A stretch of 64,000 nucleotides of DNA from a virus, in the IMG/VR virus record IMGVR_UViG_3300032315_001186, positions 1 to 64,000 of that record. One strand, 5' to 3'. A program made the translations under genes and the position numbers. Below are positions 59,901-64,000 of this stretch, in pieces (within the stretch, counting starts at the first letter, position 1; each line of letters begins with the position of its first letter). The notes under the pieces are model-generated. The model was not told the origin of the DNA, ran no database searches, and saw nothing but the letters and a program-made list of their open reading frames with translations.

Positions 59901-62213
59901 CCTTTTTCAGCCCCGAACTTGAGTGATTATTTGAGTTATTATAAAGGAGAACAACTTTACATAATTTTTATGGTAAGAGGGGTTGATCCATACAGTGGGA
60001 AACATAAAGTAAAATATGATTTATCTAGGTTATTTGGGTATGATACAAGTTTTAACCCAAACACAATAACTGTTGAGGGAAATTATTATTTAAATGTCCC
60101 AATACAGGCGGGGGGTCGTTGTGTTAGACACGACCAATTGGTAACCAATTCAGATACACAACCAGACGGAAATAATTCAAACGCGACTTTAAAACTTTAC
60201 TTTGATTCATACCTATTCCAGCCTGGTATAAATTGGAATTCTTACAATTCAGATTTACATTTATATTATTCCTCATTGGATGGTACACAAATAGACAAGT
60301 TCCAAGCACCTGGTTATTTCAATAACCAATTCAGTTTAGGACCCACTCTGTCAATAACTGATGTTGATCAAACTACAACATCGTTAAAATTGGAAGTAAA
60401 AGTACAGGGGACGAATGCATATAGTCAGGAGGAGTATATTGAAGGCGGTTCATACATTAGATATGGACCTTCAGGGGTCAATTCTTTTCCAGGTAATATA
60501 AAACCTACTGTATATTTTGGTCCATCCTATATCAATGGTTCGTATTCTACATCAACACCACCGCCAAACAGACCTATTTTACAAATGACCGATCAATTTA
60601 AATTGGTAATGAGAACGGACAGATTACCTACAGGTACTGATTTGGATACATTGGGTACCAATACATTTTCATTTCAGTGTAGCACAAGTTTAGGTTTTTA
60701 CTTTATTTCAGAATCTGGTGCAACAAATGTTATTTTGGGTGACTTGGTACCAGACCCACCTTTAGACGATTTGAATGATGATATTGTAACGGGTAACACA
60801 ACTCAAAAAATTTTGGAAAGTTTAACTTGTCAAGGATTGGTTGATTTGGATTGTTATGTGGGTTATGGTTCTAATTTAATCATTAAACCTTCTACAGACC
60901 CATGTAACACGAATACGAATAGGAATTTACCAGTAATCAAAGATGGGTGTTATGTACTTTTGAATGAACCTTTTGGTAGTTTGTTTGGGAGAAATAACGA
61001 TTTCACAATATTAAGTGAATGGAAACTTAGGTTTCGTACAACACTTGCACTATGTCGTGGTGTTGTTTCACAAAGTTTTAATAATTCTTGGGTTAATGGA
61101 GGTCTATTTGCATTTCCGTTCAGTAGTAATGTTTTTTTCGATTCTAATAACAAACCATTTGTTAGGAGAGTAGGACCTAATGTCCAAGGACAATCTGTTG
61201 AGTATAGTTTTTGTGGATTACAATTAGCATTTGAAGAACAATCAAATAACTTTTATTACAGATCTAGTCCTTACAGTTTAACTTCAGGATTTATTGGTGC
61301 GTCGTATAGTCCAAACTTTTACAGAAGACAGTCAAATTCGAAATACTTGAAATACCCGACCACTATGGTAGATTTGGGTCCCCAATTTTTTTGGACAAAA
61401 GATGTGTACTATTCGAATGATTACTACGGGTATAATATGGACAATTTGGATCCAACCTCATATGGCCCAACAGAAAATTTAACGTCTGTATTTGCCCTGT
61501 CACGTATTCTCAATACTAACGAATTTTTCTCGGCAGGTGTTGTAAGAGGTTTATTTTCTAGATCTAACTTAAGAGTTGATGGTGATTACGCTCAAATGTT
61601 ACAAATAAATTCTCAATACGGTATAAATCCATTTAATGCTGAAAATTATCCCGACGATGGAACAACTTCATCTTCAATATATTTTGGACTAACTCCGTCC
61701 AATTTTATAGGTTTAAGGCCCAAACCAGTATTTGGTATTTTTTATTCTGGTGAAACTACGGATAGAGATTTGATTTCACCCAAAAGGATCGACTACACCC
61801 TAACAGGATCGGTTGTAGATTTTGTTGCCGACAGTTTGCCTGTTATAAACCAGACAGTTCCATTTTACCCATGGAAAAATAATGGTTTTTCGAATATAGC
61901 CAACAATGGTGTTTTCTCCATATTCGGAAGTGAATCAAATAGTTGGATTACAGATAAAACCACGTTTTCACCCTTCACTTATCAAAGATTGGACAGATTT
62001 TATTTTCCTTTCTTTGTTGGTGGAAACCAACAGGTTCAAAATTCTTTGGGATATATCTATCAAACAGATCCTACAGGTTTGAATTTACCTAGTGTTGTGC
62101 CTGGAACAACAAATTTAGAAACATTAACTTCAGGGCCTTTCTACTTTTATTTTGGTATTAAAAATGGTGCTACAGCGATAGATAAATTTAGACAAAAATA
62201 TATTCCGAACTAA
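56937..62213 (+). CDS. Large putative baseplate/tail-associated protein with an internal hydrophobic segment
   Basis: 1758 aa ORF after the wedge genes; N-terminal GVVAGRV....GFGVPNVKISIF; about 50 aa hydrophobic stretch. Confidence 0.55.
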   Translation: MSNSYRIRTQVGVDKQINIQLDQDFDQLEILSLKIRQEEAYPRFCADYGVVAGRVIVNDGFGVPNVKISIFVPIDQVDLQNPIISTLYPYRDVTDVNDDGYRYNLLPYDKQHGGHTPTGTFPSKQDIITNPALIEIYDKYYKYTVKTNASGDFLIMGVPLGEQKLVMDCDLSDIGPFSLAPQDLVDIGLATPEEIDGNKFPSSNNLDLLPQIINQVKTIQVQPFWGDPETCQIRITREDFNLLDSGVKIIPSAIFMGSLFSNVDEQSLSKRCRPKNGIGKLCNLTSGPGEIVAVRQTIFNDENGYPILEQAELPNGGKVIDVDGTFVFNVPMNMDYVTTNEFGEQIISLDPSVGIPTSGKYRFKIKYDQPPTFQKREIRRGYYLVPNIKEYGWSVSQTDPAYNISTNSTEYKKFQSSYYFGLDWSGYTNGFTITNNEFIDRMTEMVNCQDTFYQLKYRKVYTTAALIDNFKSGDFVNRFVAIKDITDETCEGTINKFPSTDANYKFDFIFFVANILLTILGPILLVLIVQLHVLSLLLTFIREFFIVVLLPVLKLVYRLCNWANKIGFKVKCKKPPSPSEIRKRFPDLKKLKIPMLTYPDCQACDCSSDDILGGGGFDDTSCNADLNIAENWTQPYNAGPNGESIEFDKIQYMFAGWGWDEVEPRGHPYEQRIPKAEMGGNSYRNWYYYVNSLPPWETINMFSLKGNYFNHPNVGATSGGISRIGVTFNPDFNVGKQHYDNAIALIVDEQCFTSLSGQTLLTFQNPNLSKDINAVNVISGVTYTNIDIEVNYANFSNTNLQNSSVNYRIGGNAPLQTTDSKYFFPSDLEYFQVITGMSYNQFVSLNVTNSSSGGINFLCFNVTFDLLPDPNINVNAQNYQTLNEHTIEYTDCFGVQQIESLVPGQYSRCVRTQQGQQPQITNQWTDPANHTQPGSAIPISPQILFTTNCSNQPTPPPQNVYVLSDSLYKRLSKQFTLYWDPQGFQTGAPFSAPNLSDYLSYYKGEQLYIIFMVRGVDPYSGKHKVKYDLSRLFGYDTSFNPNTITVEGNYYLNVPIQAGGRCVRHDQLVTNSDTQPDGNNSNATLKLYFDSYLFQPGINWNSYNSDLHLYYSSLDGTQIDKFQAPGYFNNQFSLGPTLSITDVDQTTTSLKLEVKVQGTNAYSQEEYIEGGSYIRYGPSGVNSFPGNIKPTVYFGPSYINGSYSTSTPPPNRPILQMTDQFKLVMRTDRLPTGTDLDTLGTNTFSFQCSTSLGFYFISESGATNVILGDLVPDPPLDDLNDDIVTGNTTQKILESLTCQGLVDLDCYVGYGSNLIIKPSTDPCNTNTNRNLPVIKDGCYVLLNEPFGSLFGRNNDFTILSEWKLRFRTTLALCRGVVSQSFNNSWVNGGLFAFPFSSNVFFDSNNKPFVRRVGPNVQGQSVEYSFCGLQLAFEEQSNNFYYRSSPYSLTSGFIGASYSPNFYRRQSNSKYLKYPTTMVDLGPQFFWTKDVYYSNDYYGYNMDNLDPTSYGPTENLTSVFALSRILNTNEFFSAGVVRGLFSRSNLRVDGDYAQMLQINSQYGINPFNAENYPDDGTTSSSIYFGLTPSNFIGLRPKPVFGIFYSGETTDRDLISPKRIDYTLTGSVVDFVADSLPVINQTVPFYPWKNNGFSNIANNGVFSIFGSESNSWITDKTTFSPFTYQRLDRFYFPFFVGGNQQVQNSLGYIYQTDPTGLNLPSVVPGTTNLETLTSGPFYFYFGIKNGATAIDKFRQKYIPN

Positions 62214-62217
62214 AATT

Positions 62218-63963
62218 ATGGATGTACAAAATTATCTAGTTGTAAAACCTGACTTGCTAAATGCCGCAGCACCTCAGACGGATATAAATATTAATACACA
62301 ACTCAATGAAACTCAATCACAACTTATTGAGTATGAACAAACGTCTAACGTAAGTCTGATTACTGTATTTGATAATGAAAGACAAGATTCTAATATTTTT
62401 AGACCGACATATAAAATAAATTATATTTACGAAAATAATATAGTAGGTTACTGTCCAAACCCATCTTGGGAAAATTATTTGAATAATTTACACTATGTTG
62501 ACCCTATAACATCTTTAGTTTCACAACAATGGAGTGGACTTCCATCTTATCAAGAATTTGAGTTTATACGAACAGATGTAACGAATACACAACTTAATAT
62601 ACCTGGACTTTTTGATGGATTTATAACAAAAAGTGCATCTTCTTATAATTGGGCGGTAAGATTATCATATCCTTTTGAAAACCTTACGGGAGTGACTATG
62701 TCATATAATTTTGGACCAAACAACTCATTCACATGGAAATCGGATGATGGGGTACCTTTTATAATATCTACAGGATCTGATAATGGGTTACAAATACTTC
62801 AGTTTAATTGTCCTGTTAAACATGGTTTGTCTATTGGGGAATATGTTCAATTACTGTCTGGATTTACGTACAACAATATTGATACATATCAAGTTTATAG
62901 TTTGGGTAATAACACTTACGGTTCGGACGAATATATTTTCAACCTTTATAATGTTGGATACACGGGTAATACTTTTTTTTCAAGTAAAACTGGAACTTTC
63001 AAAAGAATAATTGACATTTATAATTCAGGAGAAACCAAGTCTAGGTATTATGTAAGAAATCATAAAATTATATCTAATGCTCAGGATACCATTACTACTC
63101 GAAGTGCTTTTGAAGAAAATTCTTATGCAAACAAATCTTCCTACCAACTGTCGGCATTAACACCAAATAAGATCGCTAAGATATTTCAGTATCAAAGTTC
63201 ATATACATATAACGTAACATTTGAGCGTGATTTAGATTTAACAAATTTATTAGACAACAACAAACGACCTGTTTCAGAAATATTTGCGTCGTTCCAATGG
63301 GTAGGATATTTTGGATGGCATAATCGATTACAGAGGGGTTGGCAATTTAATTTAACAAGCGGTGCGACAAATACATGGTTCGATTTCACCAATTCGGACT
63401 CAATAGAAGATGTTAGAACATCCCAATATTCAAGAGTTTCTAGAGGATTATTCAACACAACTCCAAATTATTTCAATTTTACAATCAATTTACCAAAACA
63501 AAGTGGTGATACAGTTCTTGGAGATTTTTGTGAGTTTAACGACACAGAACAATTGGAAAGGGTCATATCTCCGTATATGAATAAATTTACTTACAATCAA
63601 TCGTTATTTACAACTGATGTCACCGCAAATCAAACAAATCCGAATGGGTTTTATTATCAAGTTCATTTTCCTGTAAGAATTAAAACTTTTTCTAATTATG
63701 TAGAAACTGCACCCCCCAATTTGGTGGATGTAGTTCCTAGTTACGCTTTTTTTTCAGAAAATCAAAATCTTTGGTTGTGGAGAGATCTCTACACTTATGG
63801 GTTTATCGATGATGAAGGAAGAGGAGTTGACTTTCCATTTCTAAATGAAGCACATTACCCATTTGGAAACATAACATTCAGATTGTTCTCTGATGAATCA
63901 TCTTTCAATCCAATTGATTATTATCAAATAACAATACAACCTTTAATAGATCCGTGTGAATAA
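62218..63963 (+). CDS. Hypothetical putative structural protein
   Basis: 581 aa ORF in the baseplate cluster. Confidence 0.6.
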   Translation: MDVQNYLVVKPDLLNAAAPQTDININTQLNETQSQLIEYEQTSNVSLITVFDNERQDSNIFRPTYKINYIYENNIVGYCPNPSWENYLNNLHYVDPITSLVSQQWSGLPSYQEFEFIRTDVTNTQLNIPGLFDGFITKSASSYNWAVRLSYPFENLTGVTMSYNFGPNNSFTWKSDDGVPFIISTGSDNGLQILQFNCPVKHGLSIGEYVQLLSGFTYNNIDTYQVYSLGNNTYGSDEYIFNLYNVGYTGNTFFSSKTGTFKRIIDIYNSGETKSRYYVRNHKIISNAQDTITTRSAFEENSYANKSSYQLSALTPNKIAKIFQYQSSYTYNVTFERDLDLTNLLDNNKRPVSEIFASFQWVGYFGWHNRLQRGWQFNLTSGATNTWFDFTNSDSIEDVRTSQYSRVSRGLFNTTPNYFNFTINLPKQSGDTVLGDFCEFNDTEQLERVISPYMNKFTYNQSLFTTDVTANQTNPNGFYYQVHFPVRIKTFSNYVETAPPNLVDVVPSYAFFSENQNLWLWRDLYTYGFIDDEGRGVDFPFLNEAHYPFGNITFRLFSDESSFNPIDYYQITIQPLIDPCE

Positions 63964-64000
63964 AATCGAAGTTATATTTAATAACCAATCAAAAGATTTG

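Noticed and set aside
1-64000. tRNA, rRNA or group I/II introns
   Set aside because: No cloverleaf or intron-like interruption recognised by eye; intergenic gaps are short and accounted for. A covariance-model scan would be needed for certainty.

Overview
AT-rich 64 kb segment of a large myovirus-type (contractile-tail, T4-like module set) bacteriophage genome, read with the standard genetic code. Shine-Dalgarno-less starts suggest a Bacteroidota-like host (inference). It carries a glycosyltransferase cluster, family B DNA polymerase, neck, tail sheath, tail tube, tape-measure and baseplate genes, a replication/recombination block (SSB, RecA, 5'-3' exonuclease, DnaB), class Ia ribonucleotide reductase, auxiliary genes (SOD, RpiB), two free-standing homing endonucleases and three inteins. 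Most notable observations: (1) nrdA is broken into two adjacent genes by a naturally split intein whose C-extein begins with Gly instead of Cys/Ser/Thr; (2) two ~235 bp IS200/IS605-derived mini-elements lack any nuclease or transposase gene but keep both end hairpins and a TnpB omega-RNA-like scaffold, and both sit right after the phage's TATTTAT promoter-like motif; (3) a GT60 O-GlcNAc-transferase-led glycosylation operon co-occurs with four mucin-like Thr/Pro-rich putative virion proteins, three of which share an unannotated Cys-bracketed module; (4) a probable frameshifted tail-chaperone pair. All product calls rest on motif recognition by eye, without database searches.
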